From the NCBI GenBank assembly GCA_002407855.1, contig DHPF01000017.1, positions 74,383-138,382 on the forward strand: a DNA stretch of 64,000 nt, read 5' to 3'. This document shows positions 20,586-31,261 of the stretch, in pieces. Position numbers and translations under genes: made by a program. The notes under the pieces were generated by a model that was given only the letters and a program-made list of their open reading frames with translations, did not search any database and was not told where the DNA came from. The stretch is from Bacteroidales bacterium UBA5371 (GTDB lineage Bacteria > Bacteroidota > Bacteroidia > Bacteroidales > P3). Positions within the stretch are counted from its first letter, which is position 1; every line of letters starts with the position of its first letter.

Positions 20586-21329
20586 ATGTTCAACTTTTTT
20601 AAAGCTAAATCAAAGGAATTAAATAAGGATATTGATTTATCGGTTCTGCAAACTGATATTCATTCTCATTTAATCCCAGGTGTTGATGATGGCTCTCAAA
20701 GTCTGGAAGAGTCTATCTCTCTTTTGAAACAATTTGAAGAGTTAGGATATAAGAAGGTTATAACTACGCCTCACATCTATTATAATAGCTTTGAAGAGGG
20801 TATTAATGTGTTGTATGAGAAGCTGGAAGAACTAAAACTTAGTGCAAAGGCAAGTGGGGTTAATATTGATATAGTACTCGGAGGTGAACATCTTTTGGAT
20901 GATGATATTAGTAAAAGAGTTCAGAAGAATGAGGCAATAAGCTTTGGTGATAATTACCTTTTGTTTGAATTTCCAATGCGAACAGAGCCTATGGGATTTG
21001 AAGCATGGTTATTTAATCTTCAATTGGCAGGATATAATCTTATTATTGCACATCCTGAACGCTATGCTTATCTTTTTGATAGTAGAAAATTATATACTCA
21101 GTTAAAGGATAGAGGAATTTTATTTCAAATGAATTTTGCTTCTCTTGCTGGATATTATGGCAAGGATACTCAAACCATTGCAGAGAATTTGATTAAAGAA
21201 AATATGATTGACTTGATTGGTTCTGATTGTCATGGACAACGACATATTGATGCACTAAGAAAAACCTTGCGTAACCCTTTTTTAAAAGAACTTATTGATT
21301 CAGGGAAATTGATAAATAACAAATTATAG
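20586..21329 (+). CDS. PHP-family protein-tyrosine phosphatase (CpsB/CapC-like)
   Basis: DIHSHLIPGVDDG metal-binding motif; 247 aa. Confidence 0.7.
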   Translation: MFNFFKAKSKELNKDIDLSVLQTDIHSHLIPGVDDGSQSLEESISLLKQFEELGYKKVITTPHIYYNSFEEGINVLYEKLEELKLSAKASGVNIDIVLGGEHLLDDDISKRVQKNEAISFGDNYLLFEFPMRTEPMGFEAWLFNLQLAGYNLIIAHPERYAYLFDSRKLYTQLKDRGILFQMNFASLAGYYGKDTQTIAENLIKENMIDLIGSDCHGQRHIDALRKTLRNPFLKELIDSGKLINNKL

Positions 21330-21333
21330 TATT

Positions 21334-22674
21334 ATGGATTCATTACTTGCTATTTCTCCCATTGACGGAAGATACAGAAAACAGGTTGAGCCTTTGGCTA
21401 ATTATTTTTCAGAAAAGGCTTTAATTAATTATAGAACAAAAGTAGAGATAGAGTATTTTATTGCTTTATGCGAGTTGGGTATAGAAGGATTGAAAGATTT
21501 TGATAAGGCAAAGTTTGAGACTTTAAGAGAGATTTATCGTAATTTCGCTGACCAAAATGCACAAGAGGTTAAAGATATTGAAAAGATAACTAATCATGAT
21601 GTTAAGGCAGTTGAGTATTTTATTAAAAAGAAATTTGACTCTCTTGGATTGCAAAAATGGAAAGAGTTTATTCATTTTGGCTTAACCTCACAAGACATTA
21701 ATAATACTTCTGTTCCTTTGAGCTTAAAAGAATGTCAAGAAGATGTTTACCTACCTTTAATTAATGAGGTTGTGGACTTGTTGGAAGAGAAGGCAACTGA
21801 ATGGGAAGGAGTTCCAATGCTTGCTCACACTCACGGACAACCAGCCTCACCAACTATGCTTTCTAAGGAAATAAGAGTATTTACATATCGCCTTAAACAA
21901 CAATTATCTTACTTTGCTTTTATTCCTTTTGGAGCAAAGTTTGGTGGAGCAACAGGAAATTTTAACGCACATCAAGTAACCTTCCCTGAACATAACTGGG
22001 TTTTGTTCGCAGATAACTTCTGCCAAACACTTGGCTTAGAACGTCAAACCTATACCACACAGATTGAGAACTACGATAATATGGCTGCCTATTTTGATGC
22101 CATTAAACGAATAAATGTTATCCTGATGGACTTATGCAAGGATATGTGGGCATATGTTTCAATGGAATATTTCAAGCAAAAGATTAAGGAAGGAGAAGTG
22201 GGTTCTTCGGCAATGCCTCATAAGGTTAATCCTATTGACTTCGAAAATGCAGAAGGCAATTTAGGATTAGCTAATGCAATATTTGAACACCTATCTTTGA
22301 AACTCCCTATTTCTCGTTTGCAAAGAGACTTGACCGATTCAACAGTTACAAGAAATATTGGTGTTCCAATAGCTCACACAATCATTGCCTTAAATTCAAT
22401 TATTAAAGGAGTTAATAAGCTACTTTTAAACCCTATTGCCTTAGAAAGGGATTTAAATAATAATTGGTCTGTTGTTGCAGAAGCGCTTCAATCAATACTT
22501 CGCTCAATTGGTTATCCTAATGCCTACGAGGTTTTGAAAGATTTAACAAGAACCAATACTGAGGTTAATGCAGAAACCATTGCCAAATTTGTTGATAGCT
22601 TAGAGGTAAGCCAAGACATAAAGCAAAGAATGAAAGCAATAACTCCTATGAATTACGTTGGAGTTTATAAATAA
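21334..22674 (+). CDS. purB: adenylosuccinate lyase
   Basis: Fumarate-lyase signature GSSAMPHKVNP; 446 aa. Confidence 0.9.
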   Translation: MDSLLAISPIDGRYRKQVEPLANYFSEKALINYRTKVEIEYFIALCELGIEGLKDFDKAKFETLREIYRNFADQNAQEVKDIEKITNHDVKAVEYFIKKKFDSLGLQKWKEFIHFGLTSQDINNTSVPLSLKECQEDVYLPLINEVVDLLEEKATEWEGVPMLAHTHGQPASPTMLSKEIRVFTYRLKQQLSYFAFIPFGAKFGGATGNFNAHQVTFPEHNWVLFADNFCQTLGLERQTYTTQIENYDNMAAYFDAIKRINVILMDLCKDMWAYVSMEYFKQKIKEGEVGSSAMPHKVNPIDFENAEGNLGLANAIFEHLSLKLPISRLQRDLTDSTVTRNIGVPIAHTIIALNSIIKGVNKLLLNPIALERDLNNNWSVVAEALQSILRSIGYPNAYEVLKDLTRTNTEVNAETIAKFVDSLEVSQDIKQRMKAITPMNYVGVYK

Positions 22675-22701
22675 AAAACAAAACAAGCAAGCAAAGAAAG
22701 T

Positions 22702-24501
22702 ATGAGGAAGAATTTTACTTGGATATCTGCAAAACCATATATTGTAAACGTTATTATTTACTTCCTCTTGGTGTGTCTTGCAACAATATTCTCAATTGCT
22801 TCAATTCTTTCTGCTTCTAACTTTCTTGGAGTGCTATTCTCTGATGGGCTAACTAATAATGTTGTTTCTAACCCTTCAATATTAGATAATGCCCTTTCAT
22901 CTTTCTACAACAGAATAATTGAATATGGAAGGGAGAACGCATTATTTATATTTGGAGGCTTAATCTTTGTAATATACTTATTTAAAGATATATTCACCTA
23001 CTTAGCTTCTTTTGTAATAGCATCGGTTAGAAATAGAATAATTAGAAATATCAGAAACAAGATATTTGAAAAATATATCTCCCTACCTCTTTCCTATATA
23101 AACAATCATAGAAAGGGCGACCTTATTTCAAGACTTAGTAATGACGTTATAGAATACGACGAAAATGTATTAAAATCCATCCTATCCCTCATAAGTGCAA
23201 TTATAACAGTATTACTATATTTCATTGTGCTTTTCTATATAGATTATGAGCTAACAATTACTGTATTAATTGTTTTCCCTTTGGTTGCAGGATTAGTTTC
23301 TTTAATCAGCAGAAGACTTAGAAGAGACTCAAAGCATCTTCAACAAAAGAATGCTAATCTATTATCAATAATTGAACAAACTATTTCGGGGCTAAGAATA
23401 ATCAAATCACACACAGCAATAGAACTGATGAACCATAGGTTTATTAGCTTTAACTCCTCCTACACCAGACTTCGCAACACAATATATAGGAAAGTAGATT
23501 TGGCTTCCCCTGTTAGCGAATTTTTTGGCAATTGTATGCTGATAGGACTTTTGCTCTTTGGTTCATCAAGAGTTATTTCTCCATCATCGGTGCTAACACC
23601 AGAACTATTTATTGTTTACTTAGTTTTATTCACATTAATAATAAAACCTTCCAAAGACATACCTACATCTTTTTTTAATATAAAGAAAGGGAAAGCCTCC
23701 ATAGATAGAATAGTGGAAATCTTCGAAATCAAAAATCCAATAGAAGAACCCCTACAACCAAAACCTTTTCCGCAACTCAATAGAGCAATAGAATACAGGA
23801 ATGTCTCTTTTTCCTACTCTGAAACCCCTGTTCTAAATGATATAAACCTTTGTTTTGAAGCCAAGAAAACTACTGCAATAGTTGGAGCCTCAGGCAGTGG
23901 GAAGAGTACATTAATAGATTTGATACCAAAGTTTTATCAACCCAATCAAGGGGAAATATACTTTGATGATATAAATATTAAAGAGCTCAACTCCAAAGAT
24001 ATAAGAGATAGGATTGCCATAGTTACCCAAGACACAATTCTTTTCAACGATACCATTTATAATAATATAACCTTTGGATTCTCACATTATACTATGGAGC
24101 AGGTAAAACAAGCTGCTAAAATAGCTTGTGCTGATACATTTATAGAAGCCTTGCCAGAAGGATATAACACAATAATTGGCGATAAAGGCTCAACGCTTTC
24201 AGGAGGAGAAAAGCAAAGAATTAGCATAGCAAGAGCGGTGTTGAAGAATGCCGATATCCTTATTCTTGACGAAGCAACCTCGGCCCTTGACACCGAAAAC
24301 GAAAGATTAGTTCAAGAGGCAATATCAAATATAACTAAGGACAAAACATCCATAATTATTGCACATCGCCTTTCTACCATAGTTAATGCCGACAAAATTA
24401 TTGTTTTAGATGCAGGACAAATTAAAGAACAAGGCACACATAAAGAGCTTCTTTTGCTCAATGGTATCTATACCAACCTTTGTAAGATGCAAGAGGTGTA
24501 A
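22702..24501 (+). CDS. ABC exporter, fused permease/ATPase (MsbA-like)
   Basis: N-terminal 6-TM domain; Walker A GASGSGKST, signature LSGGEKQR, Walker B ILILDEATS. Confidence 0.85.
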   Translation: MRKNFTWISAKPYIVNVIIYFLLVCLATIFSIASILSASNFLGVLFSDGLTNNVVSNPSILDNALSSFYNRIIEYGRENALFIFGGLIFVIYLFKDIFTYLASFVIASVRNRIIRNIRNKIFEKYISLPLSYINNHRKGDLISRLSNDVIEYDENVLKSILSLISAIITVLLYFIVLFYIDYELTITVLIVFPLVAGLVSLISRRLRRDSKHLQQKNANLLSIIEQTISGLRIIKSHTAIELMNHRFISFNSSYTRLRNTIYRKVDLASPVSEFFGNCMLIGLLLFGSSRVISPSSVLTPELFIVYLVLFTLIIKPSKDIPTSFFNIKKGKASIDRIVEIFEIKNPIEEPLQPKPFPQLNRAIEYRNVSFSYSETPVLNDINLCFEAKKTTAIVGASGSGKSTLIDLIPKFYQPNQGEIYFDDINIKELNSKDIRDRIAIVTQDTILFNDTIYNNITFGFSHYTMEQVKQAAKIACADTFIEALPEGYNTIIGDKGSTLSGGEKQRISIARAVLKNADILILDEATSALDTENERLVQEAISNITKDKTSIIIAHRLSTIVNADKIIVLDAGQIKEQGTHKELLLLNGIYTNLCKMQEV

Positions 24502-24544
24502 ATTATAACCCTGTCTTTGGCTAAAAAATAGACTGCATTTATCT

Positions 24545-24625
24545 CTTGATTCTAATTTTCTATCTTTTGATTCTAATTTATTAAAACTTGATTCTAATTT
24601 CCTGTCTTTTGATTCTATTTTTAGG
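24545..24625. repeat. family-A array, 4 forward units at 24545, 24566, 24587, 24608
   Basis: Exact 21-bp spacing of (C/T)TTGATTCTAAT cores. Confidence 0.9.
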
Positions 24626-24799
24626 TTTTTTGGAATAGAGATATTTCTCCTTTGGAGTTTTTTATTTTTAATTTATGTTGGGAATGTATAATCTTTTTTT
24701 TGTGCGAAATACTAATTATTATCTTGTTGTTAATCTGAATTTACGGATTTTGATTGGTCTTTATTTGGGTTTAAATTTGGATAACGATTATTTTTAATG

Positions 24800-24807
24800 T
24801 ACTTTTG
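24800..24807 (+). promoter_or_regulatory. -7 promoter box TACTTTTG upstream of carboxyltransferase gene
   Basis: TAnnTTTG match 43 nt upstream of the ATG at 24850. Confidence 0.55.
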
Positions 24808-24849
24808 CAAGCTACAAGTCAATTTAGTGTTTAATAAATAGTTGAAATT

Positions 24850-26397
24850 ATGTCAATTAACAGCAAGACACAAGAGCTTAAAGCCAGAATGCAAGCTATG
24901 CTTAAAGGGGGTGGCGATAAAGCAGTTGAAAAGCAAAAAGCCACAGGCAAGCTCACCGCAAGAGAAAGAATCTTAGAACTCTTAGACCAAGGAAGTTTTC
25001 ACGAATATGACCTTTTTATCCAGCACTCAGGAAAAGATTTTGATATGGATAAAAAAATCTTACCAGGGGATGGTGTTATTACAGGCACCGGAACAATTAA
25101 TGGTTATCCTATTTGTATTTATGCACAAGACTTTACTGTTGCAGGAGGTTCCTTGGGCTATATGCATGCAAAGAAGATTTGCAAAATTATGGACCATGCA
25201 ATGAAACTGAAAGTCCCTATTATAGGTATTAACGACTCTGGTGGAGCTCGTATTCAAGAAGGAGTTAATGCCTTGGCAGGTTATGGTGATATATTTTATA
25301 GAAATACCATGGCTTCGGGAGTTATTCCTCAAATATCAGTAATACTTGGGCCTTGTGCTGGTGGAGCAGTTTATTCTCCTGCCTTAACTGACTTTGTGTT
25401 TGTGGTAGATAAGATATCAAAAATGTTTATTACAGGTCCTGATGTTATAAAAACAGTTTTAGGGGAAGAGATTTCACAAGAAGACCTTGGGGGAGCAAGA
25501 GTGCATGCCGAGATTTCTGGTAATGCTCATTTCTTTGCTGAAAGTGAAATAGAATGTTTTGAACAAATAAAATCTTTATTTACCTACATTCCTTGGAACA
25601 ATACAAAGAAAGCTGAAAGTTTCGCTGCAAAAAAGCCAAAACTAAAAGATTATAAGCTAAGTCAAATATTCCCTACCGACCCTTCAAAACCTTATGATGT
25701 TAGGTTAATAATTAAAGCCATTGTAGATAACTCTGAATTTTTAGAAGTTCAAGAGTTGTTTGCTCCTAACATTGTTATTGGATTTGCACGTATTAATGGA
25801 GATACTGTTGGTTTTGTTGCCAATCAGCCTAATGTAATGGCTGGTGTTTTGGAATGTAATTCATCGGATAAGGCTGCTCGTTTTATTCGTTTTTGTGATG
25901 CTTTCCAGATACCTTTGGTTACTTTGGAAGACTTGCCAGGCTATTTGCCAGGAGTTGATCAAGAACATGCAGGGGTTATTCGTCATGGTGCAAAAATCCT
26001 ATATGCTTTTTCCGAAGCTACTGTTCCAAAGATGACAGTTATTTTGCGTAAGGCTTATGGCGGAGGATATATTGCTATGTGTTCAAGCCACTTGAAGTCA
26101 GACTTTGTTTTTGCGTGGCCAACCGCTGAAATTGCCGTTATGGGGCCAGAAGGAGCTGCTAACATTATTTTCAAAAGCGAAATAACATCAGCAGAAAATC
26201 CTGAGGAAATGAGAAAGATAAAAATTCAGGAATATAGAGAAAAATTTGCTAACCCTTATGTTGCTGCTTCTTATGGATATGTTGATGCAGTTATTCAGCC
26301 TTCCGAAACTCGTCAATACTTAATCCATGCTCTTGAAATGTCAAAACATAAGGTTGTTGAGAACCCTTGGAAAAAGCATGGAATACCTCCATTCTAA
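24850..26397 (+). CDS. acyl-CoA carboxyltransferase (methylmalonyl-CoA decarboxylase alpha / propionyl-CoA carboxylase beta type)
   Basis: 515 aa; full-length resemblance to the carboxyl transferase domain family. Confidence 0.88.
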   Translation: MSINSKTQELKARMQAMLKGGGDKAVEKQKATGKLTARERILELLDQGSFHEYDLFIQHSGKDFDMDKKILPGDGVITGTGTINGYPICIYAQDFTVAGGSLGYMHAKKICKIMDHAMKLKVPIIGINDSGGARIQEGVNALAGYGDIFYRNTMASGVIPQISVILGPCAGGAVYSPALTDFVFVVDKISKMFITGPDVIKTVLGEEISQEDLGGARVHAEISGNAHFFAESEIECFEQIKSLFTYIPWNNTKKAESFAAKKPKLKDYKLSQIFPTDPSKPYDVRLIIKAIVDNSEFLEVQELFAPNIVIGFARINGDTVGFVANQPNVMAGVLECNSSDKAARFIRFCDAFQIPLVTLEDLPGYLPGVDQEHAGVIRHGAKILYAFSEATVPKMTVILRKAYGGGYIAMCSSHLKSDFVFAWPTAEIAVMGPEGAANIIFKSEITSAENPEEMRKIKIQEYREKFANPYVAASYGYVDAVIQPSETRQYLIHALEMSKHKVVENPWKKHGIPPF

Positions 26398-26455
26398 AAT
26401 CCAATAAAGGATTAAGTCAAAAGCAAAAAGTATTTAATGAATAATAAATAAGATT

Positions 26456-26809
26456 ATGTCAGAAAATAAAGAAAACAGAACACATTATCGCCAATTATAT
26501 ATTAAGGTAGAACCTGGACAAATCTATGCTTTTATTCCAGGAACAATTATTGATATTTTTGTAAAGAAAGGGCAAAAAATAAAGAAGGGAACTCCTCTTT
26601 GCTCTCTTCACGCAATGAAAATGGATAATGAAATTTGTTCTCCTATGGATGGAATTGTTAAATCAATTAATATTAAGAAAGACCAAATCGTTAGTAAAAA
26701 TGATGTCCTTATATTAATTGAAAACGAATATTCTGCAAAACAAGACAAAGAACAGAAAGATACAAAGCAGCCTGTTCCAAAAAAGGACGAAACAAAAGAA
26801 AAGAAATAA
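26456..26809 (+). CDS. biotin carboxyl carrier protein (biotinyl domain)
   Basis: 117 aa with biotinyl-lysine motif AMKM and a Lys/Glu-rich tail. Confidence 0.8.
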   Translation: MSENKENRTHYRQLYIKVEPGQIYAFIPGTIIDIFVKKGQKIKKGTPLCSLHAMKMDNEICSPMDGIVKSINIKKDQIVSKNDVLILIENEYSAKQDKEQKDTKQPVPKKDETKEKK

Positions 26810-26815
26810 GAAATC

Positions 26816-28723
26816 CTATCTATTTAGAATTTCCTTAGCCTTTAATACTAAGCTATGCGAATCAATTTTGCATAGCTTTTGTAGTTCTTTAACAGAGCCA
26901 TGTTCAATAAAATTATCATCAATTCCCATTACGTAAATCTTATTCATATAGCCTTTTTCGCAAGCATACTCTACAACCGCACTTCCAAATCCTCCTATCT
27001 TAGTCCCATCTTCTATTGTAATAATATTGTCAAATTTAGCAAAAACCTCTTCTAAGATTGAAGTATCCATAGGTTTTAGGAAACGCATATTATAAACAGA
27101 AACCTCAATTCCTTCTTTTTCCAAATCCTTAGCAGCACTTATTGCATTATTTCCTATAGAACCCAAAGCTAAAATAGCAATATCTTTTCCCTCACAAATC
27201 TTTTCTGCCTTACCTATTTCAATTTGCTTAAACTCTTGTCTCCAATCAACAATAAAGCCTTTGCCTCTTGGATAACGAATAACCAAAGGATAATTAATCC
27301 CTTGCTGAGCAGTAAACATCATATTGCGAAGCTCAATCTCGTTAAGAGGAGCAAATATTGTTAAATTAGGTATTGGTCTTAAATAACTCAAATCAAACAC
27401 TCCATGATGCGTTGCACCATCATCTCCAACCAAACCTGCTCTATCCAAACACATAATAACAGGCAGTTTCTGAAGAGCTATATCGTGGATAATTTGATCA
27501 TAAGCCCTTTGCATAAATGAAGAATAAACATTACAGAAAGGAATAAGTCCACTTGCAGCCATACCTGCTGAGAAAGTCAAAGCGTGTTGCTCTGCAATCC
27601 CAACATCAAAGGTTCTTTCTGGAAAAGCCTTTATTAAACAATTCATAGAACAACCCGAAAGCATAGCAGGAGTAATTCCAACAATCTTATTATTAACCTT
27701 TGCAAGCTCAACCAAAGTTTCCCCAAATACATCTTGAAACTTAATAGGACAACCATTTGGATCGTTGCAACTTTCTCTTTGGCCTGTCTTAGCATCAAAA
27801 ACACCAGGAGCATGATAAGTAATAGGATTTTCCTCTGCCTCTTTCAAGCCCTTACCTTTCTTAGTAATGATATGAAGTATTCTTGGACCCTTAATCTTTT
27901 TCAAATCCTCCAAAGTTTTAACCAAAGTCAAAACATCATTCCCATCAATTGGACCAAAATATCTTATCTTCAAAGCCTCAAAGAAATTACTCTTACCCGA
28001 AAACATTGACTTAATGCCCGAAAGCGTCCTTCCAAAAACACTCTTATGCTTACTATACGATGGAGTATTCCCTCCAAGCATATTCCAAACCTTATTCTTC
28101 AATCTATTATAGGTTGCCGAAGTGGTTATTCTTGTGAAGTATTCGCCCAAAGCCCCAACCTTCTTATCAATAGAAATACCATTATCATTCAAAATAACAA
28201 GCATATTAGCATCAGTTGTTCCTGCATGATTCAGAGCTTCAAAAGCCATACCCCCAGTCATTGACCCATCGCCAATAACAGCAATATGATTATTCTTGTT
28301 GTTACCTTTGAGTCTATCGGAAATAGCCATACCCAAAGAAGCCGAAATAGAAGTGGAGGAATGTCCTGTTCCAAAACAATCATACTCACTTTCCTGTATT
28401 TTAGGGAAGCCACTTATACCCCCAAACTTACGAATAGAAGCAAAGGAATCCTTTCTTCCAGTAAGTACCTTATGGGAATAAGCTTGATGACCCACATCCC
28501 AAATCAAAGAATCCGTAGGCACATCAAATACATAATGAATAGCAACCGTCAGTTCCACAGTTCCCAAAGACGAAGCAAGATGTCCAGGATTTTCAGCCAA
28601 AACATTAATAATATACTCTCTTACTTCCTTGCAGAGCTGAGGTAATTCCTCCTTAGAGAGATTTTTTATATCTTGAGGCGAATTAACTTTCTTCAATAAT
28701 TCCCCTTGGTTATAGTTATTCAT
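26816..28723 (-). CDS. dxs: 1-deoxy-D-xylulose-5-phosphate synthase
   Basis: Thiamine-diphosphate motif IGDGSMTGGMAFEALNHAG and transketolase-like layout. ATG at 28723 is preferred, because the track TTG at 28747 lies inside the promoter box. Confidence 0.9.
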   Translation of the reverse strand: MNNYNQGELLKKVNSPQDIKNLSKEELPQLCKEVREYIINVLAENPGHLASSLGTVELTVAIHYVFDVPTDSLIWDVGHQAYSHKVLTGRKDSFASIRKFGGISGFPKIQESEYDCFGTGHSSTSISASLGMAISDRLKGNNKNNHIAVIGDGSMTGGMAFEALNHAGTTDANMLVILNDNGISIDKKVGALGEYFTRITTSATYNRLKNKVWNMLGGNTPSYSKHKSVFGRTLSGIKSMFSGKSNFFEALKIRYFGPIDGNDVLTLVKTLEDLKKIKGPRILHIITKKGKGLKEAEENPITYHAPGVFDAKTGQRESCNDPNGCPIKFQDVFGETLVELAKVNNKIVGITPAMLSGCSMNCLIKAFPERTFDVGIAEQHALTFSAGMAASGLIPFCNVYSSFMQRAYDQIIHDIALQKLPVIMCLDRAGLVGDDGATHHGVFDLSYLRPIPNLTIFAPLNEIELRNMMFTAQQGINYPLVIRYPRGKGFIVDWRQEFKQIEIGKAEKICEGKDIAILALGSIGNNAISAAKDLEKEGIEVSVYNMRFLKPMDTSILEEVFAKFDNIITIEDGTKIGGFGSAVVEYACEKGYMNKIYVMGIDDNFIEHGSVKELQKLCKIDSHSLVLKAKEILNR

Positions 28724-28744
28724 ATTTAATTCTAAATAAAGATG

Positions 28745-28752
28745 CAAATATA
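28745..28752 (-). promoter_or_regulatory. -7 promoter box TATATTTG upstream of dxs
   Basis: Plus strand reads CAAATATA about 22 nt upstream of the start at 28723. Confidence 0.5.
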
Positions 28753-28783
28753 CACAAAATAAGATATGAACGCAAAAAACTTC

Positions 28784-30661
28784 CTATCGGCTAATGTAGA
28801 TTATCAAAACAGATATGTCGGAAGGGGAAACTCCGCTTATGCGGGATGCTTGCCCAATAGTTTTTGGACGGATTTTAGTTAGCTTTTCTCTTGCTTCAAA
28901 GCTTAGGGATTTAAGGGCATGATAGTCGAAATCATCCTTAATGATTAAGTTCTCATGTTTGGATAGCTTATCGGCAATCTCTTGTTCCTTATCAATATAG
29001 CTCTGATACTTTATTATTATTTCTGCTCCTTCAATTATCTCTTCCTTTATATCTATTGGGATTGAAAGGATATTCTCATTGAGAGAAGAAATATTATTTG
29101 CCAAATCCTTAATCGTTATTTGCGGACGAAGCAAAAGCTGAGAAATCTTTGTTTTTTGATTGATTGAAGGGGTTTGTTTCTCTTCAAACAAAGGATTTAC
29201 TTCCTTAGGTTCGGCACTTGTTTTCTCAATAAAAGACACTAATTGACTGCAAGAAGCTTTTTTCCTCTCAACTCTTTCCATTCTTTCCTTTGAGGCTAAT
29301 CCAAGGTCAAAGGACTTTGGAGTTAGTCTTGTATCAGCATTATCTTGACGAAGGAGTATGCGATATTCGGCTCTGGAAGTAAACATTCGATACGGCTCAT
29401 CAACTCCTTTTGTGATAAGGTCGTCAATCAATACTCCTATATAGGCTTCGGAACGTTTGAGCACAAATGGTGGCTTTTGATTTATTTGCAAATGAGCGTT
29501 TATTCCTGCCATTAATCCTTGCGATGCTGCTTCTTCATAGCCGGTTGTTCCATTTATCTGTCCCGCAAAGTAAAGGCATTGTATTTGTTTTGTTTCTAAG
29601 GTGTCTTTGAGTTGAGTTGGTGGGAAGTAATCATATTCTATTGCATAGCCAGGCTTTTGTATTATGGCGTTTTCAAATCCTTCTATCTTTCTTAGGGCTT
29701 CATATTGAACACTAAGCGGCAGTGAAGAAGAGAAACCATTAATATAATATAGGCTTGAATAGTTACTTTCGGGTTCAATGAAGAGCTGGTGGCGGTCTTT
29801 TGAAGAAAAACGGTCTATTTTATCTTCAATGGAAGGGCAATAACGAGGTCCCCTACCCTGAATCCTGCCTTGGAAAAGAGGAGATTGAGAAAAGCCTTCT
29901 CTAAGTATGTCATGCACCTTTAAAGAAGTATAGGCCAAATAACAGCTTCTTTGTTGTAAAGGTTTAGTTCTAAGGTTTAGGAAAGAGAATTGCTTAGGAT
30001 TAGCGTCTCCCTTTTGTTCTTCTAATTTAGAAAAGTCAATACTTCTTGCATCCACCCTCATTGGTGTTCCTGTTTTTAAGGATTGCACTTCAAAACCGTA
30101 GTCTTTAAGGTTTTCAGACAAACCTTTGGATTGCTCCTCTCCTATTCTTCCTCCCTTAAAATTAGTTTCCCCAATATGTATATTGCCATTAAGGAAGGTT
30201 CCATTAGTTAGGATAACAGCTTTGCTTTTTATCTCTAAGTCCATTTTTGTTTTAACTCCACAGACTTTTTTGTTTTCTATTACTAAGCTAATAACCTCAT
30301 CTTGCCAAAGGTGAAGATTGGGAATATTCTCTAAGACCCTCCGCCACGAAATAGGGAACATAATGCTATCAACCTGAGCCCTTGGACTCCACATTGCGGG
30401 GCCTTTGGAGAGATTAAGCATTCGGAATTGGAGAGTGTTTTCGTCTGTAATTATTCCAGAGTATCCTCCTAAGGCATCTATTTCACGAACAATTTGCCCT
30501 TTTGCCACTCCTCCCATAGCAGGATTACACGAAAGCTGAGCAATTGCATTAAGATTTTGAGTTATCAATAATACAGACGAGCCCATATTTGCAGCAGCAC
30601 AAGCTGCCTCACAACCTGCATGACCTGCTCCAACAACAATTATATCATAGTTTTTAAACAT
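28784..30661 (-). CDS. mnmG: tRNA uridine 5-carboxymethylaminomethyl modification enzyme
   Basis: 625 aa with FAD motif VVGAGHAGCEAA; full-length GidA-like sequence. Confidence 0.95.
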   Translation of the reverse strand: MFKNYDIIVVGAGHAGCEAACAAANMGSSVLLITQNLNAIAQLSCNPAMGGVAKGQIVREIDALGGYSGIITDENTLQFRMLNLSKGPAMWSPRAQVDSIMFPISWRRVLENIPNLHLWQDEVISLVIENKKVCGVKTKMDLEIKSKAVILTNGTFLNGNIHIGETNFKGGRIGEEQSKGLSENLKDYGFEVQSLKTGTPMRVDARSIDFSKLEEQKGDANPKQFSFLNLRTKPLQQRSCYLAYTSLKVHDILREGFSQSPLFQGRIQGRGPRYCPSIEDKIDRFSSKDRHQLFIEPESNYSSLYYINGFSSSLPLSVQYEALRKIEGFENAIIQKPGYAIEYDYFPPTQLKDTLETKQIQCLYFAGQINGTTGYEEAASQGLMAGINAHLQINQKPPFVLKRSEAYIGVLIDDLITKGVDEPYRMFTSRAEYRILLRQDNADTRLTPKSFDLGLASKERMERVERKKASCSQLVSFIEKTSAEPKEVNPLFEEKQTPSINQKTKISQLLLRPQITIKDLANNISSLNENILSIPIDIKEEIIEGAEIIIKYQSYIDKEQEIADKLSKHENLIIKDDFDYHALKSLSFEAREKLTKIRPKTIGQASRISGVSPSDISVLIIYISR

Positions 30662-31056
30662 TCCTGCTCTGCTTTTCTCATTTGTTTTGCCTGATTTGGA
30701 GTCTTATCTTTTAATCCCAAAAGGTGCAAAACACCATGTATCATTACTCTATATAGCTCTAATTCAAACGTAGAGCCAAACTCTTTGGCATTATCCCTAA
30801 CCCTATCTATGCTAATATATAAATCTCCTGCCGCAATGTCTTTATGCGAATAGTCAAAGCTGATTATATCGGTGTAATAGTTGTGTTTGAGGTAGGTTTT
30901 ATTGATTTCCAAAAGATAATCATCCAAGCAAAAAATATAGGATATATCTCCTACTTTCATCCCTTTTTGTTCAACGACTTCTTTTATCCACGATTTAATC
31001 TTTCGTTTTTGAGTAAGAATATCTTTTGTTTCAATAAAATTGAAGCTAATAGCCAT
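30640..31056 (-). CDS. ybeY: rRNA maturation endoribonuclease YbeY
   Basis: HGVLHLLGLKD zinc-binding motif; 138 aa; overlaps the mnmG start by 22 nt. Confidence 0.85.
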   Translation of the reverse strand: MAISFNFIETKDILTQKRKIKSWIKEVVEQKGMKVGDISYIFCLDDYLLEINKTYLKHNYYTDIISFDYSHKDIAAGDLYISIDRVRDNAKEFGSTFELELYRVMIHGVLHLLGLKDKTPNQAKQMRKAEQECLKTMI

Positions 31057-31211
31057 TTGAATTTTCCTATTTAATTAAAATCCTTGCAAAATAACGCAAA
31101 AAAATTAACTTATTATATAGTTTTCTTTTGAAATCAGATTTTAATTTTATTGAATCAAGATGTTGTTTTACGGAATTAGAGTTAATTTTTGCTCTCTGCA
31201 AGTATAAATAC

Positions 31212-31252
31212 TGCAACTCCTAAGAATGCGGGCTACATCCTTAGGAGTTGCA
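31212..31252 (-). terminator. 13-bp perfect stem / 15-nt loop hairpin, possible terminator or small structured RNA
   Basis: TGCAACTCCTAAG (31212-31224) pairs with CTTAGGAGTTGCA (31240-31252). It lies downstream of the minus-strand lipoprotein gene and is flanked by family-A repeat pairs. Confidence 0.4.
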
Positions 31253-31261
31253 AAAATGAAA

